A stretch of DNA of 64,000 nucleotides, taken from NCBI GenBank assembly GCA_030704615.1, contig CM060733.1:33294001-33358000 (forward strand), written 5' to 3'. The notes below the pieces were generated by a model. The model saw only the letters and a list, made by a program, of their open reading frames with translations, had not been told where the DNA came from and ran no database searches. This document shows positions 49,341 to 63,566 of the stretch, piece by piece (position 1 is the stretch's first letter; the number at the start of each line of letters is the position of its first letter). The DNA comes from Takakia lepidozioides. Its lineage: Eukaryota > Plantae > Bryophyta. Position numbers and translations under genes: made by a program.

Positions 49341-52269
49341 ATGGCAGGCACCAAGCGGAAGGCACCAAGTTCTTATGCGCAAGTCAATTTCAAAATCAGC
49401 CCAGCGTTGCAGAAGATTGAGCAGGACACAGAGTCACAGGAGATGTTGGACAATTTTGGTCTGCGATACTTCATCACCACGCTGGATTGGAACCTGAAGC
49501 ACGACGAGCTATGCAGGGAGTTCTCGGAGAATTACAACACCAGCACTCGGAGCACAAATGTCCACGACACGCACATCTTGCTGACACAAAGTACTTGGCG
49601 GAAGTATTTCACCTTCCCAGTCTGGACGTACCACCGCACACCGGCAAACCTCCAAGGTTTGTACTTGCAGATTTGTTTGAGAATCTCAACCAAGCAAATC
49701 AAGGCTACACATGCAGCCACAGCAAAAACCATGGCTTCAGGAAGATAGCCCCAGTACTTAGCACATTGCTTTGCCTCAGGCAAAACCATAGCTACTGTAC
49801 CAAGGAGCTAATCGACCAAGTGTTGATTTGCTTCAATGGGCAAATCGTGAATTGGGCAAGCTTTTTATTGAAGAAGTTAACTCAAGAACTGACCAGGTTG
49901 ACAAAAAAGAAGAAGGAAGCGACTGTTACCATGGCAACTCCATTGTTACTCCAGATGATTTGACACACTGTACACCTAACGGCCGAAGAGCAAGCGACGT
50001 TGGGAATCATGCAACGGGTAGACACAATGGAGGAAGAAGGAAGTGAGACGGCAGCATGTCAGGAAGAAGAAGAGGGCGGACTTGCAAAGAGAGCCCGGAT
50101 CAACGAAGCAACCACAAGTGCAGCAGCAGAGGACATCATCAACTCGACGGCTGATTCCCCAGTACAGAGAGAAGGGGAGAATCAACAACCAGAAGGAGGG
50201 AACAAACCACAGACCAACGAAGCAACGCCCATGGAAATTAGCCATGGCAACACCGAAGCACAGCAAACAGCACACACAGAGGCCACACAATCAGAGGAAA
50301 GAGACATAGTGGCGCAGCAACAGCAAATGGTGCAATAGGCACCCGACCAGCAGCAACAGCAGATGGTACAACAGACACCCGATCAGCAGCAACAACAGAT
50401 GGTGCAAGAGGCTCCGAGTCAGCAGCAGCAAGACAGAATTTCCAATTTGGAATTACTACTAGCACAACAAGTTTTAGATACAACAGCATGGGACACAGGG
50501 TTGGAGGAAGCACCACAAAATGCCATTCTACATGCAATACAAGCATTGGGGCAACTGACAATTTGTATGGACAGGGCCAAGGATTACATCAGCCCGGAAA
50601 ACCTGAACATGATCTTAGACCACATCAAAGAGAAGCATTAGAGGGAATTGGCCACTGCAAGAACAGTATGTAACCATGAGGTTACAATTGCAGCATTAGA
50701 AGATCAAAAGTCAACCTTACTCCGCCAATACAACACATTGGCACAACGCAGAGATGAGTGGGAGCAAAAGTGGGAAAGACAGAGAGACGAAACACGCCAT
50801 GTCCAAGCCGACCTCGATGCAGAGCAAGAGAGATATCGGAAAACAGAGACAGGGGTGGAAACACTCACAGGGCAGGTGCCAACATTAAAGCAGCGGGTGG
50901 AGACACTCAAGGGGCAGCTGAGGACTGCCAGAGATCAGGGAACCAAGTGGCTCAACAGCAACACTGCACTGCTGAAGCAAAGGGAGAATGCTGAGAGCAA
51001 GCTGTTTACCGCCACCACAGAAAGAGACATTGCCATGGGCAATGAACAAGAATGGAAGCAGCAGCTGGAGAAGCTGACAGTGCAAGCAGGGTTGGATGCA
51101 GCAGACGCAGCCTTAGTCAGAGCCTGGTTGAATGAAGGGAGTGAATTGGAGATGAAGAAACTCAACAGGGCAATGGTGAGGCAGATGAAGTGCCAGTTGG
51201 CGAAATTGGTGACAGACATTCATGAGGAGTTTCTGCCACCAATTCCAGAACAAGAGGAACTCATGGACGAAGAGGATCAAGAGGAGCAAGATCACGAACG
51301 AGAGACACCAATACAATCAACAACAACAACACCAACACAAACACCACCAAACCAACAGACACTGGTACAGGCCACAGCAGGGCCATCTACTCAAGAGGTA
51401 AACCCTGTAACACTACCAAGTGTCCTGGTAGCATCAACTTCAATAGCAGTGAATGATTTCCTGATCATGCCATGCAAGCAGGATGGGGAGTGGTTAAAGT
51501 ATTCAGAGGAATACTTTAAAATGATGGTAGTACCAGCCCACCAAATCCCAGAAATGCTGGAGAAGGTTTTCAAAACCTTAACTCCCTGCAAATCATTGGG
51601 TCAATGGCATTTCTCAATCAAACTCTTATTCCTCTGAGATATAGGATGAGACCACTGGCTAAGGAGGAGACATGGTCAGGGGCAGAATTGGTTGAATTCT
51701 GGCGCCAAACTCCTCTGGAATACAAGGAGCTGGTAGCTTACATGTGGGCAGTGGGGCAATTGAAGATTAATCCTACCCCGGCAGTAACCATTGTGATAGG
51801 ATGCCCAAGTTTTTATATTGGCAGTTACTTGTACCACATGTTCGTGACAATGAGGGGAAGTTGGCAGCGCTATGAGACTATTGAAAAAGATACTCACTGG
51901 GAATTACCCAAATTCCAGCCACCAGAGAGAGTCACAAGCACTTCAGCATATATGAATAGGCCACTTTATGCTGAAGCATGGCGCCTGGCGAAGGACCACT
52001 TTTCACCATTGGTATTGGACAGAGACCACCCTTTCAGAGAAACAGGGGTCCAAGCTGTTAACTAGTTAATGGGCAGCAGGGCAACAAAACACATTATACC
52101 CTGGACCAAGGAGGAGCTGCAAACCTACTGCGAAAACTTGAACAACAAAATCGATATGGTACGTGGGGACGGGATAGCAAAACACCCTGATGAAGAAAGC
52201 TGGCCTACTCACGAACCAGAGGAACAACCAGACAGTGACGATAACAAGAACAAGAAGCTGCCACCATGA
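49341..52269 (+). pseudogene. Extra 3' ORF of non-chromovirus gypsy element (Athila/Tat-like accessory ORF with coiled coil)
   Basis: Broken ORF between integrase and PPT (GLRYFITTLDW...LCREFSENY...YLAEVFHLP), with Q-rich repeats and a long coiled coil at 50648-51637. Confidence 0.6.
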
Positions 52270-52402
52270 CAATCCTGCGACGCACTTCCTACCTCGCAGA
52301 CAAGCATACCACCACCTTACATCCCCAAGAGATACAGCAAGTGCAGGAACTGACGAAATTGTGCGGACACAATTTCAAAAGAGGGGGGGGGGGGGGGATA
52401 AA

Positions 52403-53252
52403 TGATAACGGCTATGCTACGAGGGTCGGACAACGAGGGTCGCAACGGGACATACTGGGTAGTGATGGACGTACACTACCTGAGCCACAGGCAGAGACGG
52501 CTAAGTATGCGGTATTTAGCCAATGGCGGGACAAGGGTACATTACCACAAGAGCAGTAAGGGGTGGTGTAGTAACCGTGAGCCGTGAACCACGATATCAC
52601 ACGGTCACGATAGCATCGGCTTTAACCAATAGAGGGAGTAGTGGACCGTTTACCACTATGGCTCACGACCACTACAACGAGCCACTTTTTAGCAAACCTT
52701 TTAGGTTGCGTAGGCAGTTAGACAAACGGTCATTAACGACCGCAGGCTGTAACGGCTCTTCCGAGCATAGTATAAAAAGACTGCACGCAACTTAGAGGGT
52801 GTGCAATAGGAGTATCAGTGATCAATGTGTATTAAGAGGGACTCAGAGTGATTTTGTGTACTTCTGTGATCATGTGACGAGCTTTGAAGTAAAGCCATGC
52901 TATTCGAAGTATCTCTGTGTATAGTGAACGTGAGATGGTGAGAATGTGTATCATCTCATAATAGTTCTTGTTTTCTCTTGACTACCATCTGCTTGTATGA
53001 ACCAAGAGGCTTCAGTCCTTTCAACTAAGATCTTTTATGCTTAAGAGACTGTAGATTGGTCTTAATCAATAGGATTAAGCAGTCTGCAAGGATATGGCTT
53101 CATCCGACGTTCATGGTTTAGCTATCCTTAAAACGATTACTTCGTAATCGTTTCTGAAAGCATACCGTCGGACAACCTCTGTTGCATGTCTTAGGAAATG
53201 GGCAATAGTGTTAATAGTCTGTTCTGTCTAAGTCATAAACCAGCGGTTAACA
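52403..53252 (+). mobile_element. 3' LTR (850 bp) of the gypsy element at 47440-53252
   Basis: Preceded by PPT aaaagag(G)n; termini tgataac...gttaaca; tataaaa at ~52771. Confidence 0.85.
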
Positions 53253-53660
53253 GTGTCTCCTTTAGCCCTGTTTCCAATAAGCATGCCTCTAATTCTGCAT
53301 TTGCTTGTTAATGGATCAGTGCAAAACATACATTTTTTGGAGATGCAAAGGCCCATTCAAGGCTATTCCGGTGCTTTGATCCCTCTGAAACTTCTGGACT
53401 TCATATTGTCACCCAATTTTGAGACATTTATCCCACAACATGCATGTATGTTGGCAAAAAACTTTACATTTGTGCCGTTGTGTTTCCATCGCCTCCCCTA
53501 TTATGGTGCCATAATAGGAGAAGTGTCCCCTTGTAGTCTGTTTCCAATAAGCATGCCTTCAATTCTGGTTTTGTCTGATAATGGATCACTACGGAGCGTT
53601 CATTTTTTGGAGATGCATGGGCCCATTGTGGCCTATTTATCCCTGAACTCACTTTTGCTT
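53253..53660. repeat. Direct duplication (~270-bp period)
   Basis: tgtttccaataagcatgcct...atggatca...cattttttggagatgca at ~53269 and ~53539. Confidence 0.7.
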
Positions 53661-54479
53661 CCAATGATATAACTATGTTCGCCACATGCAGTGCTTTTAA
53701 TGGATTACAAGTGTCTTGTTCCAATGTCCATGGCGCCTAGTATGAATGATTACTGCATTCACATACTACACCTTGTCCACAAAGACCATTCCAATACACA
53801 GACCACACGTCCCAAAAATTGTTATGCTCAATTGCAAATTCCGTAGAGAGGAGAGATGAGATGTGCAATGGAGCAACGAGTAGAGCGGAATGAGACTGAG
53901 GCCGGCGGAATTGGATATCATTGCTCCACCACCAACGTGGTATGGGGCAAAACTCAAAATTTCTCCCACATGTCGGTACAATTGCTAGTCTCGGGCCCCA
54001 TTTTGGGGTCAACCGTCCTACATTTTGGCGCCTTTGATGCTTCACCGCGGCCAAATCAACCGACACCTTCTGGACATGGGTGCCCAATTTCCGTGCCGCT
54101 ATCAGGGAACATCACCCATTTCAAAGTCCCGGAGAATCGTGAAATCCTGGAAAAGTACTATCCACAATAACAGGTCCACATTGCGCGTCTGGCAGGACCC
54201 CAGGTCCTTTATTTCGGCGCCGTTATTGCCTTCACTCCGGAGCCTTCAGCCACCTATTGGTTTTCCGGTGCCCAATTTCAGCACCGTTATCCCCTGCCAG
54301 CCTACAGTTATGGAAAAGTACAATCCACGATTATAGGCCCACATTGCGTGTTGGGAGTCTGGAAAACTCGATTGTAATTCAACGGACGCCCCTTCCTGTG
54401 GGGTAATTGCGGCGCCGTTATTGGCCAGTATGCATTTTTTCCGTGATCTGGGCTGGCGGTACATGAGCTTGGGCTCTCG

Positions 54480-54706
54480 GTCATGGGGTACTGTAATTCA
54501 TGAGCGGAGTGTTTCGAGCATGAGCACGGAAATCTTCGAAAAGAAAATTTTGATCTTCACAAAGTATTAAAAAAAATACCACATTCGATTATTTTATGGT
54601 TTTTTCCCTGAAAAAAATTTGTCGTTATTCGTAGTGTGTTACTTGGCGGCTCATGGCTCATGCATGCCCGCTCATGGGCTCATGAGCTCATGGAATAGCA
54701 ACCCCC
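54480..54706 (-). mobile_element. MULE terminus related to subfamily 2
   Basis: gctcatg repeats ending ...gctcatggaatagcaaccccc. Confidence 0.75.
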
Positions 54707-56025
54707 CTCGTCTTATACCTGGCCTGATCATAGACTTGGTCTTATCTATGTCGCCACTCCACGTGATCATTTAATAACTAGACCCCAAAACTTAATCAAC
54801 TGCAACCTTAGGCTTGAAGACTTAGTGGCCACCGGTATTATTCCCCTCTGTGCCATAGGCCTGATTGTTGCTAAATACATCTTAAGGCGACGTGTACTTC
54901 CTTCTATCCACCCTTTATCTTAGTGCCACCTAGCTAATATTATTGTGGCCACTCTACCCACTAAATCACCGCCGAGTCCTTTGTCTTATTTATGCAGTAT
55001 CATCCCCATATGATGAAGAATCAACTTTTTCATTGGTGCTTCAATCACCCTATCATCCTGCTAGCTCGTCATCCGTCCACTAATGCCAATTAGTGATCTC
55101 ATCCCTGCTTGTTATCGAATTTTCCCACCGTCCATCCGTTGATGAAAATTTGTCAATTTCATCCTGTTAACTCCAATGATAAATCGTGATTTCATCCAGC
55201 TAGCCTGCCATCGTTCCTTAAGCACAAAACCCCAATTTCCTTGTCTTGCCCACGGGGTTCTCCCGTGTTTCCCTCGTTACCTCCTTTTGACTCACAGTAA
55301 ACTCTAAATTTTGACATCAAATTAAAATATCTAGTAAATAATGTCTTCAATATTGGGGGGGGGGGGGGGGGACTCTTTACTAAACATGTTTGGTATACTA
55401 CTATCTATTTTTCTAAAAATGAACTAACAAAATTGGCTCAATTTATTATTATTATTTTCCAATTGAATTCCATGGACTCAACATTTGTCGTTTTGGTCCA
55501 CCCATTCGTGCAAATGCCCCTCATTTCTATTGGATGATCTGAAGTTTGAATGAAACTCTCCTAATTTTAATGTTTGTTCCCACTTTTGTCAGTTTTGGAC
55601 TTTAAGCTCTACACGATGTGTTTGAAGTCTATATTCTTTCTTTATCTCACTTTGTGAACATCGACACTATAGTCAAAGTTCTTCCATTTATTCAACATCC
55701 GCATACATTTCTCTATGCAAAGTATATTATATGACTAATTTGTAATGGCACTAACGTATTGTTGGTGGAATAAAAATTAATTCTGGATTTAATACATTAT
55801 TTATTGATTCACGTATTCTTATTTCTGGACTCATCTCAAGTCCGGAATTAGTTACAATTGAGTTTTATCTTTTACGTTGACAACTGTATAATGTCGTCAC
55901 TCGTGGAAGAAAATCCATAAGTGGGGATGATGGCTCCTAGGCTTGGGCATTAGGCCTAGTCTATTAAACTACCAAGCTGCTTGTCCAAGTATCAGTAGAT
56001 TTTGGCACCCTTAGCAAATAGAGCA

Positions 56026-58886
56026 ATGGATTTTCAGTCGTCTATGCTTTTCATAAGTTGTCTCTTTCTTCTCAAATTACTACAAGTAAATTCATTGGGT
56101 GCCACCAACGACTATAGCCATGAGACGAGACACAAATTTGTGCTGAACGCTTCAGACGTACCCATACAGTTGAATGAGATCAATGCCACCCAACATGGTT
56201 GGTCCCTTGCACTCACCCATGTCGACTCGCCCCACTCCCCTTTGAGGCCCACTCATTGCCGCAAAGACGATGAGGCATGCGTGCGTGCGGCTAGGAGGGC
56301 TCGACACAACGCCGCAGCGTTGGGCCCTTCCATGCGCAACAAGTCTCGTGGTCGGAACCTAAAACAGAATGTGTTCTCCCCGGTCCAGCCTGCACGTCTT
56401 AAATTCGACCCAAATTTAGATTATTTTACAACCTTTAATGTGGGCAGCAATCTAGGTAGTGTCTCCCAACTTCTCCTCCTAGACACCGGCAGCGATGTCA
56501 CTTGGATCCAAGCCTGGCCATGTGATGTGAGTACACCCGTCTCATCCAAGAAATATGTTTACGTGAGTGTACACACTTTTTTCAAATATCATAAAGACAA
56601 ATATCATTGCATTGATTAACATTTTGTTTTGGTTGTGCAGCTTTGTAAACCACAAAACTCAATTCATTATGTACCTTTGGACTCGCCTACTTCAATAAAT
56701 GTTTTATGCAATGAAACCACATGTGAAATGTTAAGGTCGAATGGCATTTGGGACAGCTGTGATGCAACCTCCGACAATTGTCAATACAAAATTCCGTATG
56801 TCGAATCCGACAATTCATTCAGCTTCGGTCGGCTTGCTACGGAGGTCATTCAATTGGATAATTTTGACGGCAATGGAGAACAAACCACCTTTACAAGTAT
56901 AAATGTTTGATGACTCTTCTTGTTTTGAAATGCTTTTGGGCATATGAGATTTTTACCCATCGTTAGAATGATCAAATTGATATGGAAAACAATAGGAATT
57001 TTGTAAGAACTTAATGTATATATGCGATCTGACCGTCCATTCACCGGATGTAGGCAATGTAGGCTCTTCCAGGGGCCCCCCTTACAAATCCTCCCCACCC
57101 CCACTTACCTGGGGTTCACTATTAAATACTCTAGAATGCAAGAGACATGGTACATAATGGTGAGTAGCCTATTGGTAAGGTGATGGCGGTGGAGGTTGCA
57201 GTGGATGGTGTCAAACCCCTATGTCTTGTGTAGCTCCTCTTAGTGCGTTGTATACTTGGCCAAAGTTGGACTGCGAAGCCAAGTGGGAGTTACACTCTTT
57301 TCAATGTCACATGATCATTCCCTTTTGTGTAACCCAGTTGATTGTTATCCCAACTTCAGTATAATGTCACTCTCGAGAGCAGATAGAAAGGATTTGATAT
57401 GCTAGAAACTGACTTATCGTCATGTCAGACAATCACACGTATGCATTAAGTTCTTACATTATTCCTAGTATTCTCCACTTGATATATTTGTAATGTTGTT
57501 TATTCTGCAGATATTATGATTGGACTAGGAGAAGAACAAACGGTAACTTTGATGCCGATGGCCGCCGGCATCTTGGGCCTTGGAGGTGGAGGGAAATCTG
57601 ACTTCTCCATGTCAGACCAAATCGCCCATAATACACAAATCGCCAATCAATTCTCCTATTGTTTGCCCCTATCCCAGAGTCCAGACAATGGGATGTTGAT
57701 CTTTGGTGCCCAGTCCATAGTCGCATGTACGTTCAATTTCTCCTCTTGTGAGGTTGCTGAATTGTTATAGAGATCATGAATATTATACATAACATTTCAT
57801 TTCCTTTAAGTGTCTATATGAAACAAGCATCAACCAAAAGATCATGGTCCAAAGAGTAGGGGCACCATTCCATCTTTACAAGTGGTCATGGATTCAGATC
57901 CACATAGATGTATGTTGGATATCACATATTATGGCCAATTTAGCTGCAAAAGGGGTACCGGATCAACCGCTAGAAACCGTAATGTGGGGGTACGTGGGGA
58001 TTTTTGAGTCCTAACTAGGGAGGGGGGGTGCAATTGCACTACCTCGGTTTGGGCCGTTAGAAGACGTCAACCCTCCAAACTTAAGGCAACAGTCACCCGG
58101 GTGAAGGGACACCAAAAGTTATGCTTGATTTGACAAGAGTCTTTCTTTTCTATCTCACAAATATATTACAAGTCACATTTTTGTCATGAAAAGTATGGAA
58201 AAAGAGACATTCCACACTAGGATTTTGACTTGTACTCCTTTTATGGCCATAATTATGTTTCGTAACATATAGACGTTATCTTAACAAATTCCTTTACACA
58301 ATCCATTGCAGTTCCCAACGCCCAATTTCTGAAAATGCCTCAAAATGGGGAGTACGTCGAATATACATATTATGTTCCTCTCACGGAAATTCACGTGGGT
58401 GGCCAAGTAGTTCCTATGCCTCCTGGCATCTTTGACATCGACCCGAACGGTCAAGGAGGTGTGACAATCGACAGCGGTACTCCATACACAGCCCTCCCTA
58501 AAGACGCATATTTCGCATTCAGGGATGCATTTGTTGCTGAAGCAGCACAAATGCCTAATGGGCCTCAAGGCCCACCTCACGATGGCCAAAAAAAATACAA
58601 TTATTTTGATACGTGTTGGGGTGTGAGACCTGACGAACAGTCTCCCAGCTTTCCGACTGTGACATTTGTGTTTGTGGACGACGAATCAGTGAATCTGGTC
58701 TGGGATTTAGATGAAAAACAAGTTGTGTTTGTTGAGCAATACAACGCATATACAGAATTTTGTTTAGCTTTCAACTGCCATAGTGAGGAACAATTGAGTA
58801 CTATTGGCGCTTGGCAACACCAACAGACGGGAGTTGTGTTCGATTTGTCTTTGGACAAAATTGGATTTGCTCCAGCTAATTGCTAA
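56026..58886 (+). CDS. Secreted A1-family (nepenthesin/CDR1-like) aspartic protease, 4 exons
   Basis: Exons 56026-56526, 56641-56896, 57511-57726 and 58312-58886 splice in phase at GT-AG. Hydrophobic signal peptide, LTHVDSPHSP propeptide motif, catalytic LDTGSD and IDSGT, GILGLG, FSYCL, terminal IGFAPANC. Confidence 0.93.
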
Positions 58887-60178
58887 GAATAATGGCTAAC
58901 ATATTTATTGTGGTTCATCTTTTCATTCAATTCCTCAAATAGACATGTTGTAAGTATACAGCCTATTTGACGGAGGCTGGAACAATAATTGTTTGTTATT
59001 TTATTGTTGTTTATTGTTTATTTTTCTATATCATTCGACAACTATAAGAAATAAAAATGATGTGTTTCATTTCATTTCATTTTCATTTATGTACTAATGT
59101 TTAGTGGAGGTTAGATTTTGCCTCAAACCCTTGGCAGATCCCAACTCGATGTGTGTGTTTGTTTGCCGAAGGTCAAAAAATATAATATCCGGCTCAATTA
59201 AGAACCGCCAGATATGAAGAGGAGAAACAACCGCCGCTGGTTAAGAACTGGTCCTAGGATAAAGAAATGATGCTACCCTAAGGTTGGAGCAAGCCTGAAG
59301 CCGAGGAGCTGATAGGGAGCTGAGGTATCCCGCCAACATGAGCTACTGGTAAGCAGCCAATGAAGAGGTACTGGTAATCCACCAACAAGAGCTACAGGTA
59401 TCAGAACTTGAGTTGAGTTCTAAATTTTGGGTCCCATGATTTCTTGTGGCGCCAATTGAATTTTGGTTCCTCCCCATCACCAGGGGACCCCCCATTGATG
59501 GGGGATGGATTGATTCCATGTAAAGCGCATGTTAGATAGATAGGAGCCGAGCAAGTCGCCTTTGCCCCAGGACTAAGCAAAATCTTTAAGCAACTTCCTC
59601 TCTAAGCTTGCCTCTGCTCGTGAGGTTGGGAAATTGTGCGCAATGAAGGAACCTACGGGTGGTATGCGAACAGGGCTGGAGCGCATGTGGAGTCTACTCT
59701 GGAATGTTGAATTTGTGCCATTGCAACAACCATTCCTTATTTTCAGCTATTCTCTTCGCACGAAATCGTTCGTATTTTCCCATACAATCGCTCTCTCCTG
59801 AGGTAAACCATGATTTGGTTCCATCACCACTTTCCTGCCTTTCTTCTCTTGCTACATCGCCTGATGCATTGTCATCTGTAGGCTCTTCTGGGCGCAGTTC
59901 ATTCTCTGCCATTCCACCACAATGCTTGAGCAGGACTGGAAAGAGGGAAAAAAAATGTGCCCCTGTTACAAGCATGCCAGGTCTGGACTGTCTAGATGTA
60001 ACCAAATCGCAGCACCATTACTTAGAATGGGCTGAAGCTGAAGGCTCAATTTTTCTCTTTCCGACCATTCTATCCTTCCCACCCACAGTAGACCTTCTAC
60101 CTAGAAATAGGGATGATGTTGCTAGCCCACCACGTAGTAATTAAACCCACCAATTTATTACTTGTTAAGTGGTATGTA

Positions 60179-60736
60179 CACTACAAGAGTGAGGTGTGTT
60201 TTACATCTAATGGACTATCGTAGTCATATGATCCTTTGTGTAGTTGTAATTGTATAATCCCCACTGAAACAATTACTCCATGAGTGGTAGTTTACAACTA
60301 CAGAGTAGTGACTAAGTCTTAGTCTTAAGGACTTGGTCAAATTTTGATGCCTCCACTCATACCAGGATAGGAAGAACTCAACATGGAGTAGCCGACAGCA
60401 GAAGAAAGACTTAAAAAGAAAGTAAGAAAGACTTAGAAACCAGAAGCGTGATGATGCTCTCTGGGTTCGTGAGGTTGCCCGGGCTCGAGAATATGGTGTC
60501 CAGAAATTAAGATGCCCATGCAAGAAGTGTAAGGGTGGACGACATATGACTACAGAGGGAGTTCGCAAACATTTAATTGATAATGAAAAGTCCCCTACAT
60601 TCAGATGTTGGAGAGGAGCAAGGCGGCATGATTCTGATGATGAATGGGAAGAGACCCCCATGGAAGGTGTCGACATTGATACAACAAATCCAGGGAACCG
60701 GGGTGCTTCCGCTACAGTCGAACGACCAGCTCATAC
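60179..60736 (+). mobile_element. CACTA (En/Spm) 5' end with start of transposase
   Basis: cactacaaga terminus, gactac/gtagtc subterminal motifs, and LRCPCKKC...VRKHL...FRCW (transposase-associated Zn motif). Cut by a MULE end at 60737. Confidence 0.75.
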
Positions 60737-62007
60737 GAGGTTAGCTATTTCATGAGCATGAGCGGCATGAGCGGAGTAGCAAGACAATCGGTTTTCATGA
60801 GCAGAAGTACAAATTTCGAAAATAAAAAATATTATAAAACATTAATTTAATGCAATGTGTAAAAAAAAACAAATATATTATTCGGCACCTTGAAGGGAAA
60901 ATTGTAGTTTTGAGAGTTGTGCTCATGATATTTCATCTTCCGCTCATGCCAATTCCCAGCGACATGTGCAAAAATGGCGCCGAATTTCGCGGTAATAGGG
61001 TCCGTAACCGGAAAAAACCGCTTGGGACTTGGCTAGTTTTCGGCCCAAAATAGAGAAATTCGGCGCCATTTTTCCAGAAATGGCCCCACAACTGCTTCTA
61101 TTGGATCTCCGTTTGAATGGAATATTGCCTCATTCCAAGAGTTTTGGGGTGCATTTCATTACACTGCAAAAAAAAGTCTGATACATGAAAATGCAATTGA
61201 AAATATCCATATGGAGGATTCCCTTTGCCCCATCAATGATTTTTGGAATCCCTAAGGAGGAGTTTGTGCAGCTCGTTCACGCTCAATGCCGGTGCATGAA
61301 TAAAGTCATCAATAGTCACATTCATCCTCAACCTCTTCAGGTAAATGTAATACAGATGCTTGCACGGATAATACTTTGAACCCTTCTTTGCTTCCATCAA
61401 CGAGAAGTCCGTACAATTGCAAGTCGGTTCCACTCCAATCGTAATTGTGTATACATCGTCGCGTACAGCCGAGCCAGCCGTTGCCATCCGATAAACACAC
61501 CCAAGGCCGGGTGGAGGTACGTCCACGAAGCTCTGAATAGTGCAAGCCATCCCAAGAGCATTGGCAATCCGAGTCTCATTCAACTTGTTGGGAGGGTGTC
61601 GTCTCTTCACTCTTCCAAATCGCATTGTGGGATGTGCAGAATTGTCCAATCCGTCTCTACTGGACCGAGCAGTCTGCAATGGCTGGGTCTGAGGAACTGA
61701 AAATGCGTGGGCCGGGATGTCTGTGCGTTGCACCATTCGAAATCCTGCTGCAGATAGAGCATCCGCCTCATTCTGAGAGAGGCTGCAACCTGGTGCAACA
61801 GGCCAGACGCCCGGAGGCTCCGGCATTCCCTGAATCCCGTACTTGGGCTTGCCAAATACACAGGTCATTATGTCGTGCCTATAGAACCAAAACGTCTGCG
61901 TTGTGGCGTGAGCAAATGTGGGAGTCAAAAATTTGCCGCTGAAACAAGGTGCAGGTATAGCACCGTGTGGGTTCCTCCGAATCATCTCACCACAGCGTGC
62001 TCTCGTA
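60737..62007 (-). mobile_element. Subfamily-2 MULE end with transposase SWIM region (copy D, ORF 61233-61985)
   Basis: gaggttagctatttcatgagc terminus; reverse complement of 26430-28026 with deletions; CNCTDF...PCKHLY. Confidence 0.88.
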
Positions 62008-62320
62008 CACTACAAGAGATGAGCGTTTTTAGGACTACGGCTTTGGCGGAGTCATAAAAACTGCACTAGGTAGATGACTACAGAGCGCTGAAATGCATTG
62101 CAGTCATAGTTTTATGATTTTATAGTAATGGATATCACTACATGACTCCGGAAAGTTAGGGAGCATTGGTCAAACATTGTTGACCATGATGACAGGGATG
62201 GTTTATATGACTAGTGTGATATGTCTGACTACACGTGGACAACGTTTCATGGAATCTTATGACTCCATGACTGAAGATGGTTTCACCGCTCTATTTATAC
62301 GACTACATCACTACACGTGT
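62008..62320 (+). mobile_element. CACTA element end truncating the MULE
   Basis: cactacaagag at the homology breakpoint, followed by gactac repeats. Right boundary approximate. Confidence 0.7.
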
Positions 62321-62935
62321 CATTTTGAAGGCACATATAATGCAAATAAGGTTGCCCATTAGGTTTAAAAAAGTTAAAAAATTGCTAATAAGGTTGCCCA
62401 TTAGGGTAATCGTGAACAGAAAGGAGGGCTGGGACTTGGCGTTTTTTGGTCTCCTGCGCCACACCACATAGCCGAGGGATGGAACGCGATGATAGCAGGA
62501 TATGCAGGGGCGTGGGATGGAGGCGTTGAGCAAATGATGCACGAAGGAGAAGAGGAGGAGGAGACGAGACGAGGAGAAGCGAGCTCGCCGTTCTTGGGAG
62601 AGTCAGCTTGGTCTTAGCATGTGTGTTTCAATCTCTGACTACTCAGCTACGCCGTAGTGGTTCGATCTCACAAACCAATACCTGACTACAGACACAAGCA
62701 GCACACACAAAGAGGTCATTTTAGGTTGATGGTCGGTCAAATCCTCCATGGGTCAGGACAGGTCAAGGACAATGTGGTAGGGTACCTTCTTCTTCAACCT
62801 ATTTCAGCCTGTGTTGCCCTCTCATCAGACTCGGCCGCAAGATGCATATTGGATTATGTAAGTTAGGTCGTTGGGTAGATCTGTGGTGGTTTGGAGTGAC
62901 TTTGGCAAGTTACTGCCAGTGTGGCAGCATGGAAG

Positions 62936-63545
62936 TGTCGCGCGGCTTTTACTCACCCATCCCTTCGCTATTCGAGGCGGAAACTCCAAGATTGAAGAGT
63001 TGGAAATCTCTAAGTACTCAGCCCGCGCAGAACAATCAGTCATGACCTACAGCTAGTGTATCATGGGGGTGTTTCCTATTTGTTTCCCTTTTGGTATTCA
63101 TGTTAACTATCTTACCATTGATAATTAAGTATCAGTTTGCTTTATCAATCTATTGGATTCCATCAACTCATCCATTCATTCCACAGCTTCACTCAGATCT
63201 CTCTACACAGTGTGATTGTATCGTAAAAGTATCCGATTATGATTTATCAGGTATCAGGCCGAAGTCATTATGTCTCTAATCTGCTCTCCAATATCACTAC
63301 AGCTTTGCATATATCAAGCATCTACTAATCCTCTTTCCTCCTTCATCGTGCTCTCCATCTCTTGCCTCCGATCTCCGCTCCTGCCTGACTCCGAAGTCCC
63401 CCTCCGAATAATGATGATCCCCCTTCCTTCCCCGTTTCTCCCTTTATCCTCCTATCCGCGGTTCTAACCGTTTCCCTTTCTAACCGTCGTATGTGAACTA
63501 ACATGTTCCCTTCACAGGTGTTGTTCCCCACAGTCGTTCCCTGTC
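62936..63545 (+). repeat. LTR-like dispersed repeat
   Basis: Begins tgtcgcgcgg; homologous to the reverse complement of 46590-47203. Confidence 0.7.
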
Positions 63546-63566
63546 CTACTCTTCGTTCCCTATTAT

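Noticed and set aside
45818-54706. A single intact non-autonomous MULE bounded by two facing termini
   Set aside because: Flanks (gcaccccc vs ctcgtctt) form no TSD and the left host element does not resume on the right; reported as two separate ends.
59694-60005. Short ORF with YERFRAKRIAEN motif
   Set aside because: Possibly a transposon-associated fragment, but too short to assign.
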